This document shows positions 30,937-44,968 of a stretch of DNA of 64,000 bases, piece after piece; position 1 is the first letter of the stretch; every line of letters begins with the position of its first letter. Below the pieces are notes generated by a model. It was not told where the DNA came from. It worked only from the letters and a program-made list of their open reading frames with translations, and ran no database searches. The stretch is from an uncultured Actinomycetota bacterium (GTDB lineage: Bacteria; Actinomycetota; Actinomycetes; Actinomycetales; JAHECE01), in NCBI GenBank assembly GCA_963780675.1, contig CAWACR010000008.1:77146-141145 (forward strand), written 5' to 3'. A program made the position numbers and the translations under genes.

Positions 30937-33139
30937 TCACCTCACCATCACGCCGCGTGGCCGACCGCGGCTGACCCCTACGGGCGGGGCTCCCCGCCCG
31001 GCCCCGCGTTCCCGCCGGCCCCGCCTCCCGGTCCGCGTCGCGAGATCGGCGAGCATCGCGTTGTAGGCGGCGAGCTCGGCGTCGCCGTCGCGATCGGCCT
31101 GGCGGTCCTTGCGCCGCGCCGTCCGGTCGTCCTCCCGGGCCCACTGCACGGCGACGACGCCGGCGAGGACCAGCGTGGGGATCTCGCCGAGGGCCCAGGC
31201 GAGGTTGGCCCCCTGCCGCTGGTCCGCGAGCGCGTCCACACCCCATGGCAGGCCCAGACCCCCGAACCAGTCCGCGGCGAGCAGCGCCGTCGACTGCGCG
31301 AGCGCCACCCCGAAGAACGCGTGGAACGCCATCGTCGCGAAGAGGAGGACGAGGCGGATCGGGTACGCCGGTCGCCTCGGCCCAGGGTCGATCCCCACCA
31401 GCACGTTCGCGAACAGGTACCCGGCGAGCGAGAAGTGCACGACCATGAAGACGTGCCCCACGTGCGACGTGAGGGCCAGCTCGAAGAGCCCCGTGTAGTA
31501 GAAGATGATCATCGCTGCCCGCGAAGTTCACCGCGGCCACCAACGGGTGGGCGAAGAACCGCGCCCACCCCGACTCCACGAGGGCCAGCAACCACTCCCG
31601 CGGCCCCCGCGAGCGGTCATGCCGCACGGGCAGGGCCCGCAGGGCGAGCGTCACGGGCGCGCCGAGGGCGAACAGGACGGGCGTGAGAGTCGCCAGGGCC
31701 ATGTGCTCGACCATGTGCACGCTGAACAGCACCTGCCCGTAGACCGCAGGCGCACCGTTGGTCACCAGGAAGAAGATGACGGCGCCGCTCACCCAGGAGA
31801 TCGTCCGACCGGGTGACCACCGGTCGCCCCGCCGACGCAGCCGCACCACCCAGCGCAGGTAGACGACCACCATCACGACGGCGACCAGCGCGAGGAGCAG
31901 GTCCGGGCGCCACTGCGCGAGCCAGGCCTGCGCCGTCGGCTCGGGGGGCGCCGGGAACCCGGTGATCGCCTCGGTGGGGGTGGGCGCCGCGGGCGGTTCC
32001 TGCGGGACGGGTGGCGGCGTCCCGGCGAGGGCCACGGCCACCCCGCTGACCGCCCCCATGACGGCGAGCTCGACAGCGGCCAACCGCCAGAAGAGCAGGG
32101 GACGCGCACCCAGGCTCGGGATCGTGGTGCGGCGGTGCACGTAGCCCGCGCCACCCAGCGCCACGATCAGGGCGACCTTCGCGACCACGAGCCGCCCGTA
32201 CGGCGTCGTCAGCCCCTCGGCTCCGCCGACCCGGACCCACGCGTTCACCACGCCCGAGATCCCGACGGCGAGGTAGGCCCACAGGGCGAGCGCCGAGTAG
32301 CGCCCGACGGCGGGCGGCAGGTCGCGCTCGAGCCGCCGGGCGAGCAGGGCGAGGGCCGCCAGCCCGCCGATCCACACCGCCGCGCCCGCGAGGTGCAGGA
32401 ACATCGCGGAGACGGCGAGGCTGTGGTTCGCCGTCCCGGCGGCGTGGCCCGTCTGGGCGAGGACGCCGAGCGCCACGCCCACCACCACGAGCGTCCACGC
32501 AGCCCCCGTGGGTCCGCTGACGGCGAGGGCGAGGGTCGCGGTCAGCGCCGCGAGCAGCGCCACGGCCAGGAGCATCCGGCCGAGCGAGATCTCGGTGACG
32601 AACACGCCGAGCTGGGCCCCGAAGGTGGGGGCGGCGGGCGACTCCCCGACGATGCTCGCGTAGTCGAACAGGAGCCGCGCCCCGGCGAGGAGCGCCCAGG
32701 CCGCCGCGGACCCGGCCGCGATCGCCAGGCCGGTCCGGACGAGCGGCGTCACGCCGTCGTCAGGGCCGGGGGCCGACCGGCGCCCCGGGCGCGCTCGCGC
32801 CGGGAGCGTCCGCGGCAGCACGGTGACGACCAGGAGGAGTCCGCCGACGGTGAGGGCGGTCGCGAGGTGGCCGAGCACGGTGACGACGGGGGCGGCCCAC
32901 CGCACCGCGGCGCCGGGGTCCGCGATCACGCGCGGGCCGAACGCGCCCGACGTCGCCGCGGCCAGGACGAGCGCCACCAGGCCGACGACGACGGCGCCCG
33001 CGGCAGCGAACGGGACCCACCGGGGGCCTTGGGTCGGGGAGGTATCGGCGGGTTCACCGGCCGACGACGCCGCCGCCGCCGCAGACGACGAGGCCGCAGA
33101 CGACGAGGCGGTGTTTCGCGCGCCGACGTCCGAGGTCAC
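30937..33139 (-). CDS. CopD plus CtaG (cytochrome c oxidase assembly) fusion, frameshift near 31515
   Basis: TGHAAG..NH, LHLAGAAVWIGGL, FSVHMVEHM, LGAPVTLALRAL, GIDPGP, FHAFFG and DQ..G..LAW..GEIP. Confidence 0.88.
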
Positions 33140-33240
33140 GCGCCCAGCCTACGAGCGGATCGCCGCGCGGGCGGTCGCGACCTTCATGACGAGCCGACGG
33201 GCGAACCGCCGATCAGCACGACGTCACGTCCGAGGGGGTC

Positions 33241-33276
33241 CTCGACCTCACGGACGAGAGGGCTCGACCTCAGCGA
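33241..33276. repeat. Solo copy of the arm of the 23754-23843 palindromic element
   Basis: CTCGACCTCACGGACGAGAGGGCTCGACCTCAGCGA, 34/36 identical to the reverse complement of 23754-23789. Confidence 0.85.
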
Positions 33277-33295
33277 GAGTGGGGTGGGGGTGGGA

Positions 33296-34863
33296 TCAGG
33301 TCCAGACCATCGCCTGGGCCGGGTCCTCCAGCAGCTTGGCGACGTCGGCCAGGACCCGCGAGCCGAGCTCGCCGTCGACGAGCCGGTGGTCGAAGCTGAC
33401 AGCGCGAGCTGGGTGACCCAGCGCTTCTTGATCTTGCCCTTGTGGACCCACGGCTGCTCGCGGATCGACGCCGAACGCGAGGATCGCGGACTCGCCCGGC
33501 ATGAGGATCGGCGTGCCGGTGTCGATGCCGAAGACGCCGACGTTCGTGATGGTGATGATGCCGTCCGACATGTCCTTCGGCGTCGACTTGCCCGTCCGCG
33601 CCTTCTGCGGTGAGCTCCTCGAGCGCCTCCGCGAGCTCGTGCAGCGTCATCCGGTGGGCGTCCTTGATGTTCGGGACGATCAGCCCGCGCGGCGTCGCCG
33701 CGGCGATGCCGAGGTTCACGTAGTGCTTGTAGACGATCTCCTGGCGCTCGTCGTCCCACGACGCGTTGATCTCGGGGTGCCGTCGCACCGCGATGAGCGA
33801 GCGCCTTCGCCGCGATGAGCAGCGGCGTGACCCGGACGTCCGCGAAGGCCTTGTCCTCGCGCGAGGCGCTGGACCAGCTACATCGTCCGCGTGACGTCGA
33901 CCGTGTGGAACACCGTGACATGCGGCGCGGTGAACGCGCTCGCCACCATCGCCTCGGCCGTGCGCCTGCGCACCGACTTCACGGGCACGCGCGTGGTGCG
34001 ACCGTCCGCGGAGACGTAGCCCCGGCGAGCCACGGCTGGTCGTCACCCGGGTAGGTCGCCAGCACCTGCGCCTGCGACCTCGGCCGAGTGCGCCAGGACG
34101 TCCTCGCGTGTGACGATCCCGCCCGGACCCGAGGCGGTGACGACCGACAGGTCGACGCCCAGGTCCTTGGCGAGCTTGCGCACCGGCGGCTTGGCGAGCA
34201 CGGCCGCCGCCAACGGCGACCGCGGGAGCTCAGCCCCGGTCCCGCTGTTCGCCGGCGCCAGGCCGGCCGCCGGGCCGGACGTCGCGCGCACACCGGCCGC
34301 AGGCCCGGAGGTGGCCCGCACCCCGGCCATCGGGCCCGAGGTCGACGCGGCCGCGGGGCGGGCGGCCGCCGGAGCCGGGGCGGCCGGGGCGACCACGCGG
34401 GCCGGGGCGGGGGGCGCCGTCGTCGTCGGGGCTGCTGCGACCGGTGCCGGGGCGACCGGCGCCGGAGCAGCGGCGTCCGCCGCCGGCGCGCCCTTGCGCG
34501 GCCGGCGGTGCCCGTGCGCGTGCTTGGTGCCGTAACCGACGAGGACGTCGCCGCTGGTGTCGTCCGCGGCCTCCTCGGCTCCGTCGCCGTCCTCGTCGCC
34601 GCCGGCGGCGCCCGTCGGGTCGACGTCGATGACGATGATCGGCGTGCCGACATCCACCGTGGCGCCCACCTCGACGAGGAGTTCGCTCACCACGCCGGTG
34701 AACGGGCTGGGCAGCTCGACGAGCGACTTGGCGGTCTCGATCTCGACGATCGTCTGGTTGACCGTCGACCGTCGTCGCCCACGGCGACGCGCCACTCGAC
34801 GATGTCGGCCTCGGTCAGGCCCTCGCCCACGTCCGGGAGACGGAAACTGCGGAAGCTCGGCAC
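33296..34863 (-). CDS. pdhC: 2-oxo-acid dehydrogenase E2, dihydrolipoamide acyltransferase; many frameshifts
   Basis: LPDVGEGL, lipoyl [35 protein letters not shown] and SFDHRLVDG. Confidence 0.85.
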
Positions 34864-34912
34864 GGGGTGATCCTCCTCGATGGGGACGGGGACGTCGCTC
34901 GCGGCGGGGACG

Positions 34913-38300
<3,388 letters not shown>

Positions 38301-38426
38301 GGCGCCCAGCATGCCGGGCCGGCCCGGCCCCGACCATCGCCCTCGCCGCGGGGACCGCACAGGTCGGATGTCAGGGCGCCCCGACCTGCTCAGGGCGCTC
38401 CCAGGCGGGGATGCGACCATCGAGGC

Positions 38427-38825
38427 ATGAGCTTTGTCATCCGACTCGCGGTCAACGCCGTCGCCATCTGGCTCACCAGCATGTGGGTGAGCGGGATCGC
38501 GATCACCCAGGCCGAGACCCCCCTCGGCCAGGCCCTGGTGGTCCTGGCCGTCGCGCTGGTCTTCGGGCTGGTCAACGCGGTCATCAAGCCGGTCGTCCAG
38601 ATCCTCTCCATCCCGTTCTACATCCTCACCCTCGGCCTGTTCACCCTCGTCGTGAACGCCCTCATGCTCCTGCTCACGAGCTGGCTCACGGGCTTCACCC
38701 AGTGGGGCCTGACGGTCGACGACTTCTGGACCGCCGTGTGGGGCGGCCTGGTCATCTCGGTGATCAGCTGGGTGATCAGCCTGGTCCTCCCCGGGCCCCG
38801 CCGAGACGAGCGCGCCTACTCCTGA
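38427..38825 (+). CDS. Phage holin family (4-TMS, YvlD/DUF360-like) membrane protein
   Basis: GLVNAVIKP..ILSIPFYILTLGLFTLVVNA and FWTAVWG motifs. Confidence 0.85.
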   Translation: MSFVIRLAVNAVAIWLTSMWVSGIAITQAETPLGQALVVLAVALVFGLVNAVIKPVVQILSIPFYILTLGLFTLVVNALMLLLTSWLTGFTQWGLTVDDFWTAVWGGLVISVISWVISLVLPGPRRDERAYS

Positions 38826-38854
38826 TCCGGGACAGCCCACCCGCCGGTCCCCCG

Positions 38855-40042
38855 TCACGAGCCCCGCTCCGCGACGTAGACCGTGCTCGTCGACGTGGCG
38901 CCGGGCCCCCCGAGCACCTCGGCCGCCCGTTCGCGCCACTCCACCACCGACGGGTGCGTCGAGCCGTCCACCATCTCGCCCGTGGCCGCGTAGGACGACG
39001 CGGCGTGGGCGCCGTCGCCCGTCCCCGCCACCGAGCGCCGGACGGTCACCCGGTCCGCCTCGTCGGGCGCCGGGGTCGCGTCGAGCGCCGGGGTCACGTC
39101 CTCCGCGTGCTCGAGGTGCAGCACGCTCACGCCGGGCGGGGTCTCCATGTGCCCGACCGGCGAGCCCGCCGTCACCACCGTCGTGATCCGGAACCTCCGC
39201 CGCACCTCGGGATCGGCCGCCAGGCGCATCGCCGTCATGCCCCCCTGGGAGTGCCCGGCCAGCAGAACCGGCTCCCCCCGCCGCGCGCCGGCCAGCGCGA
39301 GGGCTCCGACGACGGCGGTCGCCGCCGCCGTCGGGACCCCGACGTAGGCCTGCACGTTGGTCGCGTCGTCATAGGGGTTGGCCCCGCCCAGGGCCAGCGA
39401 CTCCGTCCCGGGCACGAGCACCACCCACGACGTCGCGCCGTCGCCGCCCTCGATGCGCCGGACCTCCACGGCGCCCGGCGGTCCCCCCGAGTAGGGGTAG
39501 AGGGCGTCGATGCCGGCGAAGAGGTCACCGACCCCCGACGGCGCCGGGCCGGTTCGCCGGGCCCCCGGCACGGGCGTCACCGTGCTCGCGGCGGTCCCCC
39601 ACGGCAGCGCCGCGAGCACCCCCGCGAGCGGGAGGAGCGCGAGCCGGGCGCGGTCCGACGGGGAGAGGAGCGACGGCGGGCCCGGCGGCGTCCCGATGCC
39701 CAGCACGCACGCCAGGAGGTCATCGAGCGTCAGGCGCTCGGCGGTCGCGTAGCCCTCGCGGGCACGGGCGAGACGCGCGGCGAGGTCGTCGACGTCGGCC
39801 ACGAGCCGGCCCAGCATCGCGTCGGCCGCGGCCAGCGCCGCGGCCGCCCGCGCCTCGCTGACCGGGGCCAGGTCCCCGCCGAGGGCCAGGGCCGTGAGAC
39901 CCCGTCGCACCCGGGACCGCGCGTCCCCCAGGTGGCGGGCGGCGCCGTCGAGCACCCCGCCCATCGCGCTCAGCTCGGCGAGGTTCACCGCGACCCCGCC
40001 GACGCCGCCGCTCACCGCGAGCGGCGCCGCCTCCCCGCTCAC
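38855..40042 (-). CDS. Hypothetical alpha/beta hydrolase (lipase-like) with helical N-terminus
   Basis: WVVLVPGT, GHSQGG nucleophile elbow, TAGSP, D.TP.LD and a C-terminal His. N-terminal Ala-rich helices end in AREGYATAE. Confidence 0.75.
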   Translation of the reverse strand: MSGEAAPLAVSGGVGGVAVNLAELSAMGGVLDGAARHLGDARSRVRRGLTALALGGDLAPVSEARAAAALAAADAMLGRLVADVDDLAARLARAREGYATAERLTLDDLLACVLGIGTPPGPPSLLSPSDRARLALLPLAGVLAALPWGTAASTVTPVPGARRTGPAPSGVGDLFAGIDALYPYSGGPPGAVEVRRIEGGDGATSWVVLVPGTESLALGGANPYDDATNVQAYVGVPTAAATAVVGALALAGARRGEPVLLAGHSQGGMTAMRLAADPEVRRRFRITTVVTAGSPVGHMETPPGVSVLHLEHAEDVTPALDATPAPDEADRVTVRRSVAGTGDGAHAASSYAATGEMVDGSTHPSVVEWRERAAEVLGGPGATSTSTVYVAERGS

Positions 40043-40326
40043 GGGGCCCACCCGCGAAGCCCGAAGGGGCCGAGCGCCGCCCGCGCCGCCGCGAGCTCGC
40101 CCTGGTGGGCCCGCACGAGCCGGTCCGCGGTCGCGACCTGTGCCGCCGCCCGCCCGCACGCCCCTGCGAGCTCCTCGAGGCGCTCGACGAACTCGCGCGC
40201 CGCCGTCGAGCGCCACTCCCGGGGAACCGCGGCCCGCAGCATCGCGGCCGCCTCGTCGGCCGGGTTCCGGGCCTCGGCGAGGCACACGGCCCCCGCCCCC
40301 CAGGAGGACTCGTCCGCCGTCCCCAT
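40039..40326 (-). CDS. Small helical hypothetical protein, WXG100-like
   Basis: About 95 aa with a central EWRSTAAREF motif between helices. Stop overlaps the GTG of the hydrolase. Start is uncertain. Confidence 0.55.
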   Translation of the reverse strand: MGTADESSWGAGAVCLAEARNPADEAAAMLRAAVPREWRSTAAREFVERLEELAGACGRAAAQVATADRLVRAHQGELAAARAALGPFGLRGWAP

Positions 40327-40527
40327 CGCCTCGCTCCCTCCCGCGTCGCCGCCTCGCGACCGCCGGGGCCGACCGTAGGCGCGGTCCTCGGCACGCCCGC
40401 GCGGCACCCTCCCCCCGCTGTGGACGACGGCGCGCCGGGCGGACATGGGGAGGACCCGCAGGTCCTTCGCCCTGCCCCCGAGCCCCCGGCGTCCGGGAGC
40501 ACCCGCGCGATCCGCCACAATGCGGTC

Positions 40528-41031
40528 ATGGGCCGCCTCTTCACGGTGACGTACGTGTGCACGGGGAACATCTGCCGTTCGCCCATGGGCGAGGTGGTGC
40601 TGCGCGACCAGCTCGCGGCGGAGGGCCTGGCCCATCGCGTGGAGGTGTGGTCGGCGGGCACCGGGGACTGGCACGTCGGCGATCCCGCGGACCACCGCGC
40701 TCTCGCGACGCTGCGCGCGCACGGGCACGACGGCGAGCGCCACCGCGCGAAGCAGTTCCGCCCTGACGACTTCGAGGACGCCGACCTCGTCCTCGCCCTG
40801 GACCGCGGCCACCAGCGCGCGCTCACGCGCCTCGCGCGCACCGAGGCCGACCGAGACAAGGTGCGGCTGCTGCGCTCCTTCGACCGGGCCGCCGGCGCGG
40901 CCGGGCTGCTCGACGTCGCGGACCCCTACTTCGGCACGCGCGCCGACTTCGAGAAGACGTACGCGGCCGTCACCGCCGCGAACGTCGGGCTGATCGCGCA
41001 CCTGCGCGCGGTGCTGGAGGCGTGGGACTGA
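40528..41031 (+). CDS. Low molecular weight protein-tyrosine phosphatase
   Basis: VCTGNICRSP, SAGT..WHVG and DVADPY motifs. Confidence 0.93.
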   Translation: MGRLFTVTYVCTGNICRSPMGEVVLRDQLAAEGLAHRVEVWSAGTGDWHVGDPADHRALATLRAHGHDGERHRAKQFRPDDFEDADLVLALDRGHQRALTRLARTEADRDKVRLLRSFDRAAGAAGLLDVADPYFGTRADFEKTYAAVTAANVGLIAHLRAVLEAWD

Positions 41032-41101
41032 CCTCCCCCCGGCCGGGAGCCTGCGCACGACGCACTCTGCCGCGTGCGGGCCGCTCTGGGAGGATGGGCC
41101 C

Positions 41102-42566
41102 GTGACCGATCGCGCTCCTGACGCCACCGCCGTGCCCCGCACGTCCCTCGCCGACGCCGTCCCGCCCATCGCGCTGGGGCCGCTCGACGGCCGCTACCGG
41201 GGCGCCGTCGTCGGCCTCGTGGACCACCTCTCCGAGGCCGCCCTCAACCGCGCGCGCCTGCACGTCGAGGTCGAGTGGCTGATCCACCTCACGGACGGCG
41301 GGGTCCTGCCCGGGGCGCCGCGCCTGTCCGACGCCGAGACGGCCTACCTGCGCGGCGTCGTCGCCTCGTTCGGGGCGGCGGAGATCGCGGAGCTCGCCTC
41401 CATCGAGCGCGAGACCCTCCACGACGTCAAGGCGGTGGAGTACTTCCTCAAGCGGCGCCTGGCCACGGCTCCGGAGGCGCTCGGGCCGGACACCGTGCTG
41501 CCGGAGGTCAGCGAGATCGTCCACATCTTCTGCACCAGCGAGGACATCAACAACCTCGCCTACGCGGTCACGGTGCGGGGCGCCGTCGGGCAGGTCTGGC
41601 TGCCGGCCGCGACCGGGGTGGCCGACGCCGTCGCCGCCCTCGCCCGCGAGAACGCGGCCGTGCCCATGCTCGCCCGGACGCACGGGCAGGCCGCGACGCC
41701 CGTCACCCTGGGCAAGGAGCTCGCGGTGCTCGCGCACCGGCTGCGGCGGCAGGTGGCGCGGGTGGCGGGCGCCGAGTACCTCGGCAAGATCAACGGGGCC
41801 ACGGGCACGTACGGCGCGCACGTCGTCTCCGTGCCGGGAGCGGACTGGGAGGAGATCGCGCGGTCGTTCGTGGAGGACCTGGGCCTGACCTGGAACCCGC
41901 TGACCACGCAGATCGAGTCGCACGACTGGCAGGCCGAGCTCTACGCGGACGTCGCGCGGTTCAACCGCGTGCTGCACAACCTCGCCACCGACGTGTGGAC
42001 GTACATCTCGCTCGGGTACTTCCGGCAGCGGCTCTCGGCGCAGGGGTCGACGGGCTCCTCGACCATGCCGCACAAGGTGAACCCCATCCGGTTCGAGAAC
42101 GCCGAGGCGAACCTCGAGATCTCGTGCGCGCTGCTGGACACGCCTGGCCGCCACCCTGGTGACCTCGCGCCTGCAGCGCGACCTCACCGACTCCACGACG
42201 CAGCGCAACATCGGCGTGGCGTTCGGGCACTCGCTCCTCGCGATCGACAACGTGCGCCGCGGGCTCGCCGGGCTGGACGTCGACGCCGACGCGATGGCGC
42301 GCGACCTCGACGCCAACTGGGAGGTGCTCGGGGAGGCGGTCCAGTCCGCGATGCGGGTGGCCGGGATCGCCGGCGTGACCGGCATGGCCGATCCGTACGA
42401 ACGCCTCAAGGAGCTCACCCGCGGGCGGCGCGTGACCGGGGACGACATGCGCGCGTTCATCCGCGGGCTCGGGCTCCCGGCCGACGTCGAGGAGCGCCTG
42501 GCCGCGCTCACCCCCGCCACGTACACGGGCCTGGCCGCCGACCTGGTCGGACACCTGGACGGATGA
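41102..42566 (+). CDS. purB: Adenylosuccinate lyase, frameshift near 42145
   Basis: PLDGRY, HDVKAVEY, TSEDINN, RTHGQ, GSSTMPHKVNPIRFENAE and SRLQRDLTDST. Confidence 0.93.
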
Positions 42567-43635
42567 CGGCCCCGCAACGGGTCCTCGTCCTCGGCGGGAC
42601 GGCGTGGCTCGGCCGCGAGGTCGCCGCCGCCGCCCTGCGCGCCGGCCACGAGGTCACCTGCCTCGCCCGGGGGACCTCCGGCGCGGCGCCCGACGGCGCC
42701 CGGCTGGTCCGCGCGGACCGCGACGCACCCGACGCCCTGGGCGAGGTGGCACGGCTGGGGTGGGACGTCGTCGTCGACCTCGCCCGCCAACCGGGGCACG
42801 TCCGGCGGGCGACGGCGACGCTACGGGAGTGCGCGGGGGTGTACGCCTTCGTGTCCTCGGTCTCGGCGTACGCCGACCACCGGACGCCGGGCGGGGACGA
42901 GAGCGCGGCGCTCCTCCCACCGCTCGAGGCGGACGTCATGCCCGACCTCACGGCCTACGGCGCCGCCAAGGTCGCGTGCGAGCATGCCGTCCTCGCGGCA
43001 TTCGGGCCGCAGCGCTCGCTGGTGATCCGCCCGGGCCTCATCGGCGGACCGGAGGACCCGAGCGGTCGGCCGGGCTACTGGCCCCTGCGTCTCGCGCACC
43101 CCTCGAACCCCGAGGGCCGCGTGCTGGTCCCGGACGTGCCCGCGATGCCCGTTCAGGTGGTCGACGTCCGCGACCTCGCGGCCTGGATCGTCGACGCTGC
43201 CGCGCGTGGCCTTGCCGGCACGTTCAACGCGACAGGCGACTCCGTCACCTTCGCCGAGTACCTGGCCGTGGCCGGCCAGGTCGCGGGCCAGGTCGCGGGC
43301 CAGGTCGCGGGCGGGTCGCGGGCCGGGTCGCGGGCCGCCCCGGCGTGCTGGTCCCGGCGGCCCAGGACTGGCTCCTGGCGCGCGGCGTCGCGCCCTGGCG
43401 CGGGCCGCGATCGCTGCCGGTCTGGCTGCCGATGCCCGAGAACGCGGGCTTCGGCGCACGCAGCGACGCGGCCGCCCGCGCCGTCGGCCTTGCGCCGCGT
43501 CCGCTACGCGCGACCCTCGCGGACACCCTCACCTGGGAACTCGGCATCGGCACGGGCGGTCCCGGCCGCGCCGGCCTGACCGACGACGACGAACGCGCCC
43601 TCCTCGCCGAGCTCGCCGAGGGCCGTCGACCCTGA
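42563..43635 (+). CDS. NAD-dependent epimerase/dehydratase family protein, frameshift near 43330
   Basis: LVLGGTAWLG, VSSVSAY, YGAAK, RPGLIGGP, DVRDLA and SLPVW. Confidence 0.85.
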
Positions 43636-43718
43636 CCCCTCCACCGTGAGCCGGCGACCGTGAGCCGTCGGTCGAGGGCCCAGGACCGTCCCGGCCGCCC
43701 CCACGCTGAGGGTGCGAC

Positions 43719-44774
43719 TCAGGCGCCCGCCCGGCGCAGACGCTCCTCGATGTCCGGCCGGGCGTAGGCGAGGACGCCCTCGGCGTCGCGGTGGACGATC
43801 CGGTCCTGCACGTTGAACGCCTTGGTCCACAGACCCGCGGCCCACGCGACCTCGCGCTCCTCGCGGCCCCAGGTCCGGCCGGAGGTCGCGAGCCAACGGT
43901 CGAGGTATTCCTGGGACTGCGCGACGGTCGGGTCGGTGAACCGCTCGCGGGTGGCGGTGAAGGTCCCCGCCGCCTGGCCGACGAGCAGCGGCTCGGGCAG
44001 GACGCCGAGGGAGTCCCAGTCGTCCAGGCAGACCAGCCGGTCGAGGGCCGCGCTCCCGGGCTCGGCGTCGCGCCACCGCATGTTGTGCGTCTCGAAGTCC
44101 AGGTGGCCGACGCGCAGCGGCCCGTCGACCGCCGCCACCCGGCGCCGGACGCGCTCGGCGGCGTCGCGCAGCCACCCCACGCTCGCGTCGGTGCGCAGGT
44201 CCGGTAGGCGGGCGTCGCGAGGAGGCCACACGTCCGGGCCGGGGTGGAGCGGGTCGCCCCACGGTGGCGGGACGGGTTGGGGACGGCCGCCGACGGCGGC
44301 GGGCGAGCCGGCGACGGCGAGGTTTCCGACAGCGAGGTGCCCGACGGCGAGGTTTTCGACGGCGAGGTGCCCGACGGCGTCGTCCAGCATCAGGGCGAGG
44401 TCGACGAACACCTGGACGCCCAGCTCGGCGACCGTGTGCGGCCGCCCACCCGGCCGGTGCTCCTCCACGCCGACCGTCCACCCCCCGACCTCGACAGCGC
44501 CGAGCGGGTGCGGACACGGGAACCCGGCGCCGGCCGCCGCGGCCTGGGCCCGCGCGCACGCGGCGAGGCGGGGCTCGGTGGGACGCGACTTCGCGACGAC
44601 CTCCTCGCCGTCGACCAGGCGGAAGGCAACGACCCGGGAGAGCTGGTCGACGACCCACAGGGCGGCCTCGACCTCCGCGCCGGTCACCTGCTCGACCGCG
44701 AGCGCCAGGTCCCGCAGCGGCGGCGCGGCCAGCGCGCGGGACGGAGAGGACGACGACGACGCTCCGGGTTCCAC
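43719..44774 (-). CDS. Phosphotransferase (APH/kinase-like) family hypothetical protein
   Basis: VVAKSR, GFPCP, GHLDFETHNMRW and DDWDSL, resembling kinase motifs. Confidence 0.6.
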   Translation of the reverse strand: MEPGASSSSSPSRALAAPPLRDLALAVEQVTGAEVEAALWVVDQLSRVVAFRLVDGEEVVAKSRPTEPRLAACARAQAAAAGAGFPCPHPLGAVEVGGWTVGVEEHRPGGRPHTVAELGVQVFVDLALMLDDAVGHLAVENLAVGHLAVGNLAVAGSPAAVGGRPQPVPPPWGDPLHPGPDVWPPRDARLPDLRTDASVGWLRDAAERVRRRVAAVDGPLRVGHLDFETHNMRWRDAEPGSAALDRLVCLDDWDSLGVLPEPLLVGQAAGTFTATRERFTDPTVAQSQEYLDRWLATSGRTWGREEREVAWAAGLWTKAFNVQDRIVHRDAEGVLAYARPDIEERLRRAGA

Positions 44775-44968
44775 CCCGCGACGCTACCCGGCGCCGGGCC
44801 TCGTGCGCCGGGCGCGGCTACCGTGGTCTCCGCCCGTTCCACTCCGCGTCCCGCGCTGCGACCGGGCCGGCGGAGTCGGCGACGACGGCGCCCGGCGGGA
44901 CCGGCGGCCGGCGGGCGGCGGCCAGCGGCCGGCCACGGCAAGCGACCGGACCACGAGCACAGCGAAGG

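Noticed and set aside
28856..33139. 1427-aa ORF suggesting a giant fusion
   Set aside because: The CopD-CtaG gene shifts frame near 31515 and runs on antisense to real genes. The true end is 30937.
38427..38825. Prophage inferred from the holin-family gene
   Set aside because: There are no other phage genes, and this 4-TMS family is commonly chromosomal in actinobacteria.
41102..43579. Apparent PurB-epimerase fusion (825 aa)
   Set aside because: Created by a frameshift near 42145. The PurB C-terminus is in ORF 42159..42566 and the epimerase has its own ATG at 42563.
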